Below, in pieces: positions 16,370 through 25,831 of a stretch of DNA of 37,317 nt. The notes below the pieces were generated by a model, which made no database searches, was not told the DNA's origin, and saw only the letters and a list, made by a program, of their open reading frames with translations. Position numbers and translations under genes: made by a program. This DNA comes from a virus, in IMG/VR virus record IMGVR_UViG_3300042902_000028, positions 1 through 37,317 of that record; one strand, written 5' to 3'. The first letter of the stretch is position 1, and every line of letters starts with the position of its first letter.

Positions 16370-17881
16370 TTATATTTGTAACTTACCAATCTTGGCTTGT
16401 ATATCTATACGCTGAAGACCAAACTCACCACCAGCAGTTGTTGTAGTAAGACCAAATTGAACCACCCTACCACTACCTCTCAGGGGTGTTGTAACTTCTC
16501 GGTTTGAACTACCAGTACCAAACTCTGCTACTGTATACTCACCTACACCAAATTCATCCCATTTACCTGATTCAGTTGATAATGTCTTATAGTATAACTT
16601 AGTCTCATAGTCAAATTTCCATCTTAATGTAACTAAATAACCAAGACCACCATAGATATGTACTGAGTTTCTCTTTAGCATCTTTTCCATGTTAGATACT
16701 TCTTGACCGAAGTCATTCCATAAACCATCATAATCTAGTGTATATCCTGCCCCTCCAGTACCACCTGAAGATACGTTATCGAAGTATCCTTGATAGTTCT
16801 GTAGGAAGCCTGTATCTAGTCCAAAATAGAGTGTATCATCTGTTGTAGAGCATAAGCTAGTAAATGTTCTTTGCCACTCTGTTACCCTAAATGAACCATC
16901 TGGTAGTGCGGCTCGCACATTGAATTGAAATACTTTATTACTACTTGGAAAAGATAAGAGGTAAAAACCCTCTTTCCTGTTGTATGTAGACTTAACATTA
17001 ACCCCATCTGGGTAGTTTACATAACCTAATAGGTAGTCTCTAATATTCTTTGATACATCCCTGTCAGGTAGTGACTTCTCTTGTACTACTCTACTTAGAG
17101 CTGTTAACCCTCTTGAAGATAGGAATAATAAATCATTACCTACTTGCTGTATTGAGTCTCTAGCTACACAACCTATACCTGTAATGTTCTCTGTCATAGC
17201 AGCAGTTGATAACACTGAATCATATATGATAATGTTATTCTTACCAAATACTGCTAAACCACCATTAAACTCCGATATAGCTACTACCTCATCCATACCA
17301 TCTTTCCAGTACGAAGCTAAATCAAAGAAACCAGCACTACCTCCAGTAAAGTTATTAATAAGTAAGTCAGAGTAGTATAAAACACTTGCTGTAGCAGTCC
17401 AAATACGTCCACCAGCGGCACAAACCATTGCACCATTGTATTGTGTACCACCAGAGTCTGTAAACGTCCCACCAGTCGTTGTAAGGCTTATAGGAGCATG
17501 CCCTCTTTGAAAGCCTACACACCAATCATTAAAGTTAGTGAACTGCCAGTTATCCCCAGTTGGAGTTGTTATAGTTCCTGATATATCCGTTACTGTAGAA
17601 CCTACTGATTTGAATATCTTATTATCAGCGGCAAAAATAAGTACCCTATTTGCATTAGCATCTGAATACTCATGAATGCTCTTAATAGTAGGTGTATTAG
17701 TAATAACCGTAGCATTAACATTTCGAGTACCCTTACGGGCGGCTAATCTGCCATTCTGGTCAAAGACAAAGTTTGTTGCAGTACCTGCCCACCTAGGGTC
17801 TAGCGAGTCATCTGACTGTTGTTTGTTTAACCCTAAAGACCCTGCATAATTTAACCCAAAGTGTACGAGTGGTTTAGCGAT
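16370..17881 (-). CDS. Tail tubular / nozzle-like protein; start codon unresolved
   Basis: The frame is open from 17893 to 16370. The first ATG is at 17428, and there is no ATG/GTG/TTG in the 155 codons upstream of it. AGGAGG (17895-17890) lies 8 nt before an in-frame ATC (17881). The N-terminal text GLNKQQSDDSLDPRWAGTATNFVFDQNGRLAARKG looks like real coding sequence. Confidence 0.5.
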   Translation of the reverse strand: MAKPLVHFGLNYAGSLGLNKQQSDDSLDPRWAGTATNFVFDQNGRLAARKGTRNVNATVITNTPTIKSIHEYSDANANRVLIFAADNKIFKSVGSTVTDISGTITTPTGDNWQFTNFNDWCVGFQRGHAPISLTTTGGTFTDSGGTQYNGAMVCAAGGRIWTATASVLYYSDLLINNFTGGSAGFFDLASYWKDGMDEVVAISEFNGGLAVFGKNNIIIYDSVLSTAAMTENITGIGCVARDSIQQVGNDLLFLSSRGLTALSRVVQEKSLPDRDVSKNIRDYLLGYVNYPDGVNVKSTYNRKEGFYLLSFPSSNKVFQFNVRAALPDGSFRVTEWQRTFTSLCSTTDDTLYFGLDTGFLQNYQGYFDNVSSGGTGGAGYTLDYDGLWNDFGQEVSNMEKMLKRNSVHIYGGLGYLVTLRWKFDYETKLYYKTLSTESGKWDEFGVGEYTVAEFGTGSSNREVTTPLRGSGRVVQFGLTTTTAGGEFGLQRIDIQAKIGKLQI

Positions 17882-18302
17882 GGGAATACCCTCCTAAATA
17901 CTTAATAGCATTTTCAAGATTTTGTGTATTATCCATGAAGTTACCTAAACCAAGGTTACACCGATAACATAAAAGACCCCTAACCACACTCGTTGTGTGG
18001 CAATGGTCTACATGCAATGCTCTCCCCTCCAAATCAACTTCCGATAGACCACAGATAAGGCACTTGTAGTCTTGGTCTTTAAGCATGTTAGAGTAGTCCT
18101 CTAAAGTAATACCATACTTCCTCTTTAGGTCATAGCCTTTTTGTTGTATAAATATATAACCCTTAGTCTTTTTGTATCGCACTTTAGCGGCTTCAGCGGC
18201 ACAAGACTTACAGTTTGGTCTACGACCTTTAGGAGATTGTGCATTTCTATGATATTCCTCTATGCCCTTTTCTTTCCCACACTTAGAGCAAGTCTTAGCC
18301 AT
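17874..18302 (-). CDS. Endonuclease VII-type HNH endonuclease
   Basis: LHVDHCHTTSVVRGLLCYRCNLGLGNF matches the T4 Endo VII family core (DHxH..RGLLC..CN..LG). N-terminal CSKCG..CKSC zinc motif. ATG at 18302 is 9 nt after GGGAGG. Confidence 0.8.
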   Translation of the reverse strand: MAKTCSKCGKEKGIEEYHRNAQSPKGRRPNCKSCAAEAAKVRYKKTKGYIFIQQKGYDLKRKYGITLEDYSNMLKDQDYKCLICGLSEVDLEGRALHVDHCHTTSVVRGLLCYRCNLGLGNFMDNTQNLENAIKYLGGYSHR

Positions 18303-18303
18303 A

Positions 18304-18945
18304 TCACACAACCTCCCAAACTAATTCACTAGGCACGTAAGATGAGTCATAGGCTATTGCATCACTTAAAGCCTTCTCAGCGTTAACCAGAGCATCCCTA
18401 TAGGCTATACCAGAATCTTCACCACGCTCTGAGATAGCTTTAGCGTAAGCGGCTAGTATAACTGGATATTCTGGAACTGTTAGTTCGTCATCAAGTGCCA
18501 CTAAGTCATCTTGAGGAATCTTCATATTAAAGTTAATAGCATAACCAGCATCAGGTACTGGAAATAAATCTACATTATAATCTCCACCTGCTGTACCATT
18601 TACATCATAGTAACTTGGTTGTCCATTTGTAGTGGTAGACGTTGTTAGTTGCATCGTCATCCACTTACCATTGGCTCTTTGTACTTCATAGTTATCTGTA
18701 TCATTAACTACGTATAAAATCTGTGAGCGTTTACCACTTCCTGTTAATGTATAACGGAGGGTACTTGCTACTGTTGTTACTTGAATCGTACTTCTTAGTT
18801 GAACCCAATTCCAAGCATCTTCTACTTCTCTTTTGGCTTCATTCACAAACTCACCAATTAGTTTAGTGTAGCCTGCTGTTAAATCTTGTTCTTCATCTTC
18901 ACGAAGTCTTATCATTACTTTATTAATAATTTGTAGGTAATTCAT
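18304..18945 (-). CDS. Head-tail adaptor / tail tubular protein A-like (putative)
   Basis: 213 aa, first gene after the capsid terminator and upstream of the nozzle-like gene. Assigned by position and size only. Confidence 0.4.
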   Translation of the reverse strand: MNYLQIINKVMIRLREDEEQDLTAGYTKLIGEFVNEAKREVEDAWNWVQLRSTIQVTTVASTLRYTLTGSGKRSQILYVVNDTDNYEVQRANGKWMTMQLTTSTTTNGQPSYYDVNGTAGGDYNVDLFPVPDAGYAINFNMKIPQDDLVALDDELTVPEYPVILAAYAKAISERGEDSGIAYRDALVNAEKALSDAIAYDSSYVPSELVWEVV

Positions 18946-18970
18946 ATTGAGGTTTATTCCTATGCTTGAT

Positions 18971-19003
18971 AAAAGAGGAAATGGAGGGCTTTTACACCCT
19001 CCA
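18971..19003 (-). terminator. Intrinsic terminator or attenuator after the major capsid gene
   Basis: On the - strand: TGGAGGG-tgtaaaag-CCCTCCA followed by TTTCCTCTTTT. It starts 17 nt after the capsid stop. Confidence 0.7.
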
Positions 19004-19019
19004 CCCCATTAACTACCTA

Positions 19020-20054
19020 CTATGCAGCTACTATGAAGGCAACCCCAGCAGTATCACGTAACTCACCCACCCCGTAGATTGTGTCAGCAGTGAACAAGTC
19101 ACCTAACCATTCTTGTTTGTATTGACTTTGAGTACGAACACCCATTTGCTCAATATGAACTAGTGCTGATTTGTGCATTGCAAGGCAAGCACGATATTTA
19201 GTATCTGTAGGAGAGGTTGTATTCCAATCTACAGTTACACCAAGTAAATCTACATAAGACGCACCAGTAGGAGCGGCAGAACTAGCTGTTACAGATTTAG
19301 TACCAGTAACACTGTTAACATGAACCCAAGGGCAATGAGTTGAAACATATACAGGAATACCGTATACTTCACCAATTTGACCATTACGGATTGTGTTGCC
19401 AGTACCAACTTCACCAGTAAATGCTTGTTCAGTGAAACGAGCAATACCCATAAGAGTGTTACGCTCTACAGGTGGAACAACAATAACACGCTCAGACTGA
19501 GGCACGTCATTATCATCCATTGTTTGAATCATATTACGAATACCAGCATCAGTTAATGTTGAACCATTACCTGTGTTAGTGCTTGCAGTAGCATCAAATA
19601 CTGTTGTACCGTCACCACCAATTACAGCAGTTGAGTAAGCAGTTGAACCGTTTAAGCCAGCACCTAATAGGTGGAGGTCTAAATCTACTTGCTCTGCTAG
19701 TGCATTACCAGCATCATCAGTGTAAAAGGCGCGCATTGAACTTAAGCCTTGCTTCTCAGCAATGTCTTCAATGATATAGCTATATTCATAATGCTTGTTA
19801 ATGTTTAATGCAATTTCTGATTCAGTGTTAGCAATCAATGTTACTTGAGTTGAAGCCGCTTTAGCTGAAGCTGAACCACGAGTAGGAGAAGGGATATGGA
19901 TTGTATCACCTTTCTTACCATTGTGGTTTAGTTTAGTTACAAGGTTAGATAAAACCAAGTTTTTCTTGTATGCCGCAACAACGTCATCACTCCAGATTTC
20001 TGGGATGAAGACTGCTTGAGTTGCGCCCGTTTTGTGTGAAGTTCCTAATGCCAT
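19020..20054 (-). CDS. Major capsid protein
   Basis: 344 aa, directly after the scaffold gene. The N-terminal pattern IPEIWSDDVVAAYKKNLVLSNLV..GDTIHIP is typical of podovirus HK97-fold capsid proteins. A terminator follows. Confidence 0.75.
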   Translation of the reverse strand: MALGTSHKTGATQAVFIPEIWSDDVVAAYKKNLVLSNLVTKLNHNGKKGDTIHIPSPTRGSASAKAASTQVTLIANTESEIALNINKHYEYSYIIEDIAEKQGLSSMRAFYTDDAGNALAEQVDLDLHLLGAGLNGSTAYSTAVIGGDGTTVFDATASTNTGNGSTLTDAGIRNMIQTMDDNDVPQSERVIVVPPVERNTLMGIARFTEQAFTGEVGTGNTIRNGQIGEVYGIPVYVSTHCPWVHVNSVTGTKSVTASSAAPTGASYVDLLGVTVDWNTTSPTDTKYRACLAMHKSALVHIEQMGVRTQSQYKQEWLGDLFTADTIYGVGELRDTAGVAFIVAA

Positions 20055-20082
20055 TTTATTTTCCTAAAGTTTAATTAAATTA

Positions 20083-20889
20083 TTATCGTACACGTCCGTC
20101 CGCATACGCTTTCATGATTTCTGGCTCCATCGCCGCATATTTGCTTGGATTGGAGATTTTCAAATTGATAAGGTCAGCACGTCTATAAACCTTCTTAGCC
20201 GTAGATTGACCAGAACCACGCTCCACAGAACCCTTCTTTAAAGCCTGTGTAGCTTTAGCCTGCTTCTCTACTTGAGCGTTAGAGTTAGCAACGCCCCGTA
20301 GTGCCTTATACGTTGAGAACAGCTCATCACCAGTTTCATAGTCATAGTTTTTATCAGCTTCCTTAAACATCTTGGTACGCACAGGGGATTCCTGTACCCA
20401 ATTTGCAAAGTCCTCGCTTGAAACTAAGTCTAAATAGTCAGGGTGCTTCTCTGTGAAAGTAGCTTTAGCCTTATTGATTGTAGCTGTCCTTTGAGCCTCT
20501 TCAAACTGCTTAAACTTGGGATGGTTCTCGACAGCTTTGGATATAGCTTCATTCGGATTGTCAAGTAGGTTATCAATATTGAGTTCATACTCGGGTTCTT
20601 GATTAGCCTTCTCTTTAGAAAGTTGTAGGTTGAGTAATTCATCAGTCAACTTACGGAGTTCTCCGACTTCGTTGTTACGCCTGCCAAATTCTCTCTCTAG
20701 CTCGGTATAACTCTTAACAACGTCATCTACGCTTTTACCTCTGAACTTACTAGGAAGTTGACTTTCGGAGTCTTGTTCCGGTTGGGACTCCTCAATATCA
20801 TCTGTGCTATATTCCTCTACGTTCATATCATCCAAAGAAGCATACTCTAAGTCGTCTTCTACTTGTTCCTGCGTTTCTACAATACTCAT
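20083..20889 (-). CDS. Scaffolding protein
   Basis: 268 aa. Very acidic N-terminus, predicted coiled coil. Position is between the portal region and the capsid gene. Confidence 0.55.
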   Translation of the reverse strand: MSIVETQEQVEDDLEYASLDDMNVEEYSTDDIEESQPEQDSESQLPSKFRGKSVDDVVKSYTELEREFGRRNNEVGELRKLTDELLNLQLSKEKANQEPEYELNIDNLLDNPNEAISKAVENHPKFKQFEEAQRTATINKAKATFTEKHPDYLDLVSSEDFANWVQESPVRTKMFKEADKNYDYETGDELFSTYKALRGVANSNAQVEKQAKATQALKKGSVERGSGQSTAKKVYRRADLINLKISNPSKYAAMEPEIMKAYADGRVR

Positions 20890-20917
20890 GTGTTACCCGC
20901 CTCATAAAAGGTTTTAG

Positions 20918-20956
20918 GGAAATAAAATAACGAGGGACAGATTGTCTTATCTCGTT
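20918..20956 (-). terminator. Weak hairpin plus T-tract upstream of the scaffold gene
   Basis: On the - strand: AACGAG-16 nt-CTCGTT followed by ATTTTATTT. It begins 3 nt after the stop of the 20959 ORF. Confidence 0.35.
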
Positions 20957-20958
20957 GG

Positions 20959-21207
20959 TTAATGCACATCTTTGGATAATTCCTCAGATGCGTTTGTCAT
21001 TAGAACTTCATAATTGTTTATGTAATTAAGAATTTCTAATTGTCCTCTCCGATACTGCCACAAGTCATTAGTCTCGCAAGCAGTAGGTGAGGATTCTAAC
21101 AAGGATTCATACATTAAAGATATATCCTCATTAAAAGTCTTCCATGCCTCACTGTTAAACATTTCTAACAGGTTGTCATAGTATTGTTCAGTTTCCTTGT
21201 CCATCAT
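20959..21207 (-). CDS. Hypothetical protein
   Basis: 82 aa counted from the ATG at 21207, which lies 9 nt after GGAGG. The longer ORF start at 21237 would overlap the upstream gene. Confidence 0.5.
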   Translation of the reverse strand: MMDKETEQYYDNLLEMFNSEAWKTFNEDISLMYESLLESSPTACETNDLWQYRRGQLEILNYINNYEVLMTNASEELSKDVH

Positions 21208-21209
21208 CT

Positions 21210-21728
21210 TTATGCACCTCCAGAAACTACTAGCCAATCTTCGGCTAGAGCATCACTACCTGAAGGAGCCCAAGTCGCAATATCGTTTTGTGCTGTTTTA
21301 AGTACCAAATACTCACGATACGGTACCATTTCACCAAACGTTTCTCTAGCAACATCTGTTTGTGCAGGATAACTATTAGCAGGAACTAGGTAAATGAACA
21401 TGCCACTACCATTCCAACCAGAACGAGCTACTTTTTTACCTTGCCTCATCAACCAAACGGCATGACCAAAAGACAACTTACCACTTGTTTGATACGCTAC
21501 CTCAAACTGCTCTTTAGGGCTCCAACTAACATAACCGCTGTACTCTCCGGTGTTAGGCTTTTCACCATCTATATACTCAACTAAGTATCCTTCATCAGAA
21601 CCATCCTCATCTTTAGGTAGAGTCCAACCTCTATAGTTGTTGTAGTCTTGACGATTCATTGATTTAGCGTTAATACTTTTTGTACCTATAAATTTACTCA
21701 TCATTTGTTGTATCTCCTGATTTTGCAC
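21210..21728 (-). CDS. DUF2829-domain protein (Tad2-family-like) with an extra N-terminal domain
   Basis: C-terminal half: FGHAVWLMRQGKKVARSGWNGSGMFIYL..YLVLKTAQNDIATWAPSGSDALAEDWLVV fits the DUF2829 pattern (GKKVAR.GWNG..M.I.L...KT....W.PS..D.LAEDW). Confidence 0.65.
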   Translation of the reverse strand: MQNQEIQQMMSKFIGTKSINAKSMNRQDYNNYRGWTLPKDEDGSDEGYLVEYIDGEKPNTGEYSGYVSWSPKEQFEVAYQTSGKLSFGHAVWLMRQGKKVARSGWNGSGMFIYLVPANSYPAQTDVARETFGEMVPYREYLVLKTAQNDIATWAPSGSDALAEDWLVVSGGA

Positions 21729-23676
21729 GAAGTGCGTCAGTTATGGTTTGATATTGGTCTAGTTGACTTCCTACTTCTTTAGCCTCAGCACTTGCTACGT
21801 CTAACATGGCTTTAGCTTCCATTGCCGCTTGTGAGTAAGGAAGTTTTTGTTGCTCTATCATTACCCTAGCTCGTTCAGTGTCTGCCCTACCTTTTTCAAT
21901 CTGAAGAGACATAGACTTATCTTGCTGTAGTAATTGTAACTCTTGTTGCTTGATAGCAATCATTGGGTCTGGCTCAGGATTGAGCGTTTTCTGCAATAAT
22001 TGGTCTACTAGTTGTAACATCTGGTCTTTATTGCTAATTGAACTATTCTCATAGATAGAACGTATTAACATCCAGTAAGCAGGACTATCAGGTGGTACTG
22101 TATTTAACAATGAACTTAATTGTTGTTGTTCTATCTCTCTAGCCATAATACCGAGTGAGCCATACACGGTAAACTTAACATCACTAACTGGATACCTAAG
22201 ACTATCAAACTGTATGCGCCTCCAAGCGGCTTTATGGATAAGTGGGCTTGTAAAGTGACGTTCAATATTAGCTAAGGTACGCTTTGAACGCTTTATAGCT
22301 CCTCCTTGTATCATACTCATACCAGAAGCTGTGGAGTTCCTAGCATTCATGCCAGTGGGTGTTCCAGCATCCATAGAGCCTGTGGCATTTTGTAACTGAC
22401 GCTCTAAATCTCCTGATTGTGAGAAGGTAGAAGCATCTGTTTGCCCAAAGCTAAATGGCATCAATATTGTACGTGGGTCGCCTTGTGTCAGGAGAGTCCT
22501 TCCTGGGCGCACTGTGAGGTCAAAACCTCTTGGTAGTCTAGTTGCATCAGCCGCCATCATTGGGTGGACTGTGAGTGCCATAGAGTCGATTCTAGCACGT
22601 AGTTCAGCATCTATAGCCTTCTGCATGTTATAACCTTTCTCTGCAATACCTCTACCCCAGAATCTATTAGGAATAGTATCGTACTGGAAAGCCACAAAGC
22701 ATCTATCTTTCATCATATAGGGACTAGCTACTGCTCTAAGCAATACACCGTCATTAGCAATGGTAACGATAGCTTCTACAAGGTCATCTTCCTCATACTC
22801 TTCATCTTCACCATCTTCCATTTCTAAATCAACTAGTTCTTCATCATCCTCTAGTTCAATAGGTAGGTATTTCTTAGGCACTAGACCATGATACTCTATA
22901 ATCCGTACTTTACCTTCAGTCTCAGTTGACTTATTTTCACCCTTTGAGTAAACATCTATGTCGTCTGGATAGCCTCCGAGGTCAACATCTTCGTATACTC
23001 CAGAGTCTTGTTTTGACATAACTGAGTGCTTAGGAACATCCATAATGTGTGCCATACCAAGAGCTTCTTTAATGTTCTTAGCGGCTGTATCAATTACAAA
23101 CTCCTCAGGGGGTACTGAGATAAGCTGAACAGAGATACGAGTGTTGGGTTCACCTACACCCTCTTGAACACTGCTAAAGTCATTAACCTGTTTAGATTTT
23201 ACACTGTAATTCTCTTCTTCTTCTACTACAATCTTACCTATACCAGTACCATAAAGGGCACTATTAAGGAATACTTCAGACATAGCGGCTGGAACACCAT
23301 CATTGTTAAGGTCTTCAAGTAGGAGTTGACGAAAGATAACCATATCTTGCTTATCTTGGTCTGCTACATCATCTGCAACATCAAACCACTTGCCTTTACC
23401 AAATGTAGCTTCCTCTAACTCCGCTACTGCCATCTCTACTGCTTGTTGTAGTGCTGGACTTATTAGTTTACTACGTTCACTTTCTCTAGTTTTGTCACCA
23501 GAGTCCCAGATGCCACGCCAAAGTCGATAATATTCAGCCCATTTATCCTTAAAGTTACTATCACGATAAGTTTCCCACTCATCTACATGGTCTACTACCC
23601 AAGATACTAAGGCTGATTCATTACTTTCTTCTTTTGGAGTTTCATCTTCATTATTATCTACAATTATAGATGCCAT
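21694..23676 (-). CDS. Portal protein
   Basis: 660 aa, immediately downstream of TerL. Acidic insertion EDDEELVDLEMEDGEDEEYEEDD. Assigned by size and synteny. Confidence 0.7.
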   Translation of the reverse strand: MASIIVDNNEDETPKEESNESALVSWVVDHVDEWETYRDSNFKDKWAEYYRLWRGIWDSGDKTRESERSKLISPALQQAVEMAVAELEEATFGKGKWFDVADDVADQDKQDMVIFRQLLLEDLNNDGVPAAMSEVFLNSALYGTGIGKIVVEEEENYSVKSKQVNDFSSVQEGVGEPNTRISVQLISVPPEEFVIDTAAKNIKEALGMAHIMDVPKHSVMSKQDSGVYEDVDLGGYPDDIDVYSKGENKSTETEGKVRIIEYHGLVPKKYLPIELEDDEELVDLEMEDGEDEEYEEDDLVEAIVTIANDGVLLRAVASPYMMKDRCFVAFQYDTIPNRFWGRGIAEKGYNMQKAIDAELRARIDSMALTVHPMMAADATRLPRGFDLTVRPGRTLLTQGDPRTILMPFSFGQTDASTFSQSGDLERQLQNATGSMDAGTPTGMNARNSTASGMSMIQGGAIKRSKRTLANIERHFTSPLIHKAAWRRIQFDSLRYPVSDVKFTVYGSLGIMAREIEQQQLSSLLNTVPPDSPAYWMLIRSIYENSSISNKDQMLQLVDQLLQKTLNPEPDPMIAIKQQELQLLQQDKSMSLQIEKGRADTERARVMIEQQKLPYSQAAMEAKAMLDVASAEAKEVGSQLDQYQTITDALRAKSGDTTNDE

Positions 23677-23698
23677 TTATTGCCCTTTGTATTTCATA

Positions 23699-24976
23699 TC
23701 AGTAACCACTTACGGAATCAAGAGGTTCATATTCATCATCATACTCTCCAGTGCCATAAATAGCTGTTGCTATCTGGTCAACGTATGCAAGAGAATCTAT
23801 AAGGTCATCGTGTGTTAGCTTATTAGGAAAGTCTAACAATTGGTCAGTAAGAGGTTTAATGTAGTCTGCACCCTCTTTAAAGTAAATACGACCATTCTCA
23901 AACCTACCTTGTAATGCCCATGTAATACGTTCTGTCTTTTTCTTACCACCATGAGTAAGGTCTACTACATTAGGGTATGTACCTAGTCTCCTCATCTGGT
24001 CTTGTAAGTAAGGCATAATAGCATTACGAAGAGAACCCTTCTCAATACCTAAAGCCGCTGGTTGATACTTTTTAGCCGCCTTTATAATCTGTAATGATGT
24101 TTCCCTTACGTCCCATCTACCGTGTATAATGTCATGGATGAACCAACCACTAGGGCTAACCTCTACTACCGAGATAGCTGTCTCATCAAGCCTATTAATC
24201 GCAGACTTAACCATGCCATTACCATCACCGAAGCCAGCAGGGTCAACAGTAATATATATCGTACCCGCCTCCGGAGACTTTTGAGCATATTTCCAATCCT
24301 TCTCCTTAAAGGCTAAACCACCAGCCGCTTGAAACGATGCTTCAAACTCCTGCCTAAATGCTTCCTTGCTCATACGCTGTCTAGCTTGTTCTACCTCTTT
24401 AGGGTCGATGATAGGGTTATCTGTAGAGTTAAACTGAAACTGTTCCCACTCATCTAACTTGTCTGCTTGTAGCCATAGGTCGTAAAAGTGATTCTTACTG
24501 TCTGGAGTACCAATGAATAAGGCACTTCCTTTTGTATCTGCAAGGGCAGGAGATATGATTAAATCCCATACCTCTGGCTTCATGCTAGCATATTCGTCTA
24601 GCACTACATAAGCTAATGATACGCCACGAAGCGTATCAGGTCTATCAGAGCCTTTAAGTTTAATAGTCCTACCATTGATTAGCCTTAAGGTAGCTGTGTT
24701 CTCTAAGGCACTCTCAATGATGTCTGAGCCTATGTCTTTAAGTAAGTTCCACATAATATCTTTAGCCTGCCCAAAGGTAGGGGCTACATACCATGTTTCT
24801 TTATTCTTTAAATTAATACCAAAATCATTAGTTTCTTTAAGAGCTTCAATAAGAAGCATCACAGCAGATAGATATGATTTACCACCACGCCTACCTGCCG
24901 CAACAACTTTAAATCTAGCTGGACTAAGGAATATCTCTTGCTGTTTCTTGTGTAACTTAAAATCTAAACTTGCCAT
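23699..24976 (-). CDS. Terminase large subunit
   Basis: Walker A VVAAGRRGGKS and Walker B VVLDEYAS, with a C-terminal nuclease-like region. ATG at 24976 is 7 nt after AAGGAA; a GTG at 25000 is the alternative start. Confidence 0.85.
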   Translation of the reverse strand: MASLDFKLHKKQQEIFLSPARFKVVAAGRRGGKSYLSAVMLLIEALKETNDFGINLKNKETWYVAPTFGQAKDIMWNLLKDIGSDIIESALENTATLRLINGRTIKLKGSDRPDTLRGVSLAYVVLDEYASMKPEVWDLIISPALADTKGSALFIGTPDSKNHFYDLWLQADKLDEWEQFQFNSTDNPIIDPKEVEQARQRMSKEAFRQEFEASFQAAGGLAFKEKDWKYAQKSPEAGTIYITVDPAGFGDGNGMVKSAINRLDETAISVVEVSPSGWFIHDIIHGRWDVRETSLQIIKAAKKYQPAALGIEKGSLRNAIMPYLQDQMRRLGTYPNVVDLTHGGKKKTERITWALQGRFENGRIYFKEGADYIKPLTDQLLDFPNKLTHDDLIDSLAYVDQIATAIYGTGEYDDEYEPLDSVSGY

Positions 24977-25024
24977 TCGATGTTCCTTTAAGTGCGCCAC
25001 TTGGGTTAAGCACTTTTAATATTA

Positions 25025-25156
25025 CTACTTAGTACCTTTACCACGTTTGTTAGACTCTGCTTTAACAGCACTGCCTAGAGAAGCAGCCTTACGAACATCT
25101 ACAGAGCCCAAAGTAGACTTAACCATTTTACCTTCTAATTGCATTTCTTTTTTCAT
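25025..25156 (-). CDS. Hypothetical Lys-rich micro-protein (43 aa)
   Basis: Hand-translated as MKKEMQLEGKMVKSTLGSVDVRKAASLGSAVKAESNKRGKGTK. ATGA overlap with the upstream stop. Confidence 0.35.
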   Translation of the reverse strand: MKKEMQLEGKMVKSTLGSVDVRKAASLGSAVKAESNKRGKGTK

Positions 25157-25335
25157 TTTGGAATACCTTTGTTTTTAGGAGTTGTGGATTTAACCAATTC
25201 TACTTCTTTTTTTAATTCAGAGATTAGACTTACTTCTTCTTCTACCTCTAACCAACCTTGCCGAGAAAGAACTTGGTCGTAATGGTCTTGGGATACTTCT
25301 ATTTCTATTTTACTAATTCTATTCTTTACTTTCAT
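25153..25335 (-). CDS. Hypothetical protein
   Basis: 60-aa ORF coupled to both neighbours. No motif recognised. Confidence 0.45.
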   Translation of the reverse strand: MKVKNRISKIEIEVSQDHYDQVLSRQGWLEVEEEVSLISELKKEVELVKSTTPKNKGIPK

Positions 25336-25792
25336 AATCTTCCTTCTTCACATCAATTACATTAGGGTCTGTTTTAGACAAGTGCTTAGGTAGTTCTAAG
25401 TTTCCTATATTAACACTAATAGAGAAACCCTTAGCGTTCTCAAGGTCATCAAGGTCTATAGCTTTTGTCGTAGGTAGTATACGGTCAAGTAATAACTTAG
25501 CCGCAGTCATATCCCCATCTAGGGCTTTCTTGATAACAGCTTCTACTACCTTCATACCATCCTTTAGTAGTTGCTTCTCAAAACCCTCTCGAATCACCTC
25601 CTTAAATATAGTAGTATTATTCTTAGCACCTTTAGGTCTACCTACAGGAAGCCTAGCAGTTGCCTCTTCACGAGATAAGTATTTACGGTTCTGTTTCTTA
25701 GGTTGAATAACATCTTTAATGGTAGGTTGTTTTAACTTAGGTTTGGTCTTAGAGTTTTCCACAAAGGGACTCCATAATAAAAAGGGGGTCAT
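25319..25792 (-). CDS. Putative terminase small subunit / DNA-binding protein
   Basis: First gene of the leftward operon, upstream of TerL. LPVGRPKGAKNN and DGDMTAAKLLLDRILP resemble small-terminase-like (DUF5681-type) proteins. Confidence 0.4.
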   Translation of the reverse strand: MTPFLLWSPFVENSKTKPKLKQPTIKDVIQPKKQNRKYLSREEATARLPVGRPKGAKNNTTIFKEVIREGFEKQLLKDGMKVVEAVIKKALDGDMTAAKLLLDRILPTTKAIDLDDLENAKGFSISVNIGNLELPKHLSKTDPNVIDVKKEDYESKE

Positions 25793-25831
25793 AAGAAAGA
25801 TTATGAATAGAGCTTGGCTCTCCTAAATACC

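Noticed and set aside
17874-18311. Group I intron carrying the HNH ORF and splitting a tail gene
   Set aside because: The HNH ORF fills essentially the whole interval between the stop of the upstream 213-aa gene and the start of the open tail frame. That leaves no non-coding sequence for a ribozyme core. The upstream gene also looks complete. I kept this only as a minor alternative in the relevant finding.
24675-25019. 114-aa + strand ORF overlapping the 5' end of the terminase gene
   Set aside because: It is antisense to the Walker-A-containing TerL N-terminus and is a shadow ORF. The same applies to 12261-12668, 13226-13552 and 31229-31522.
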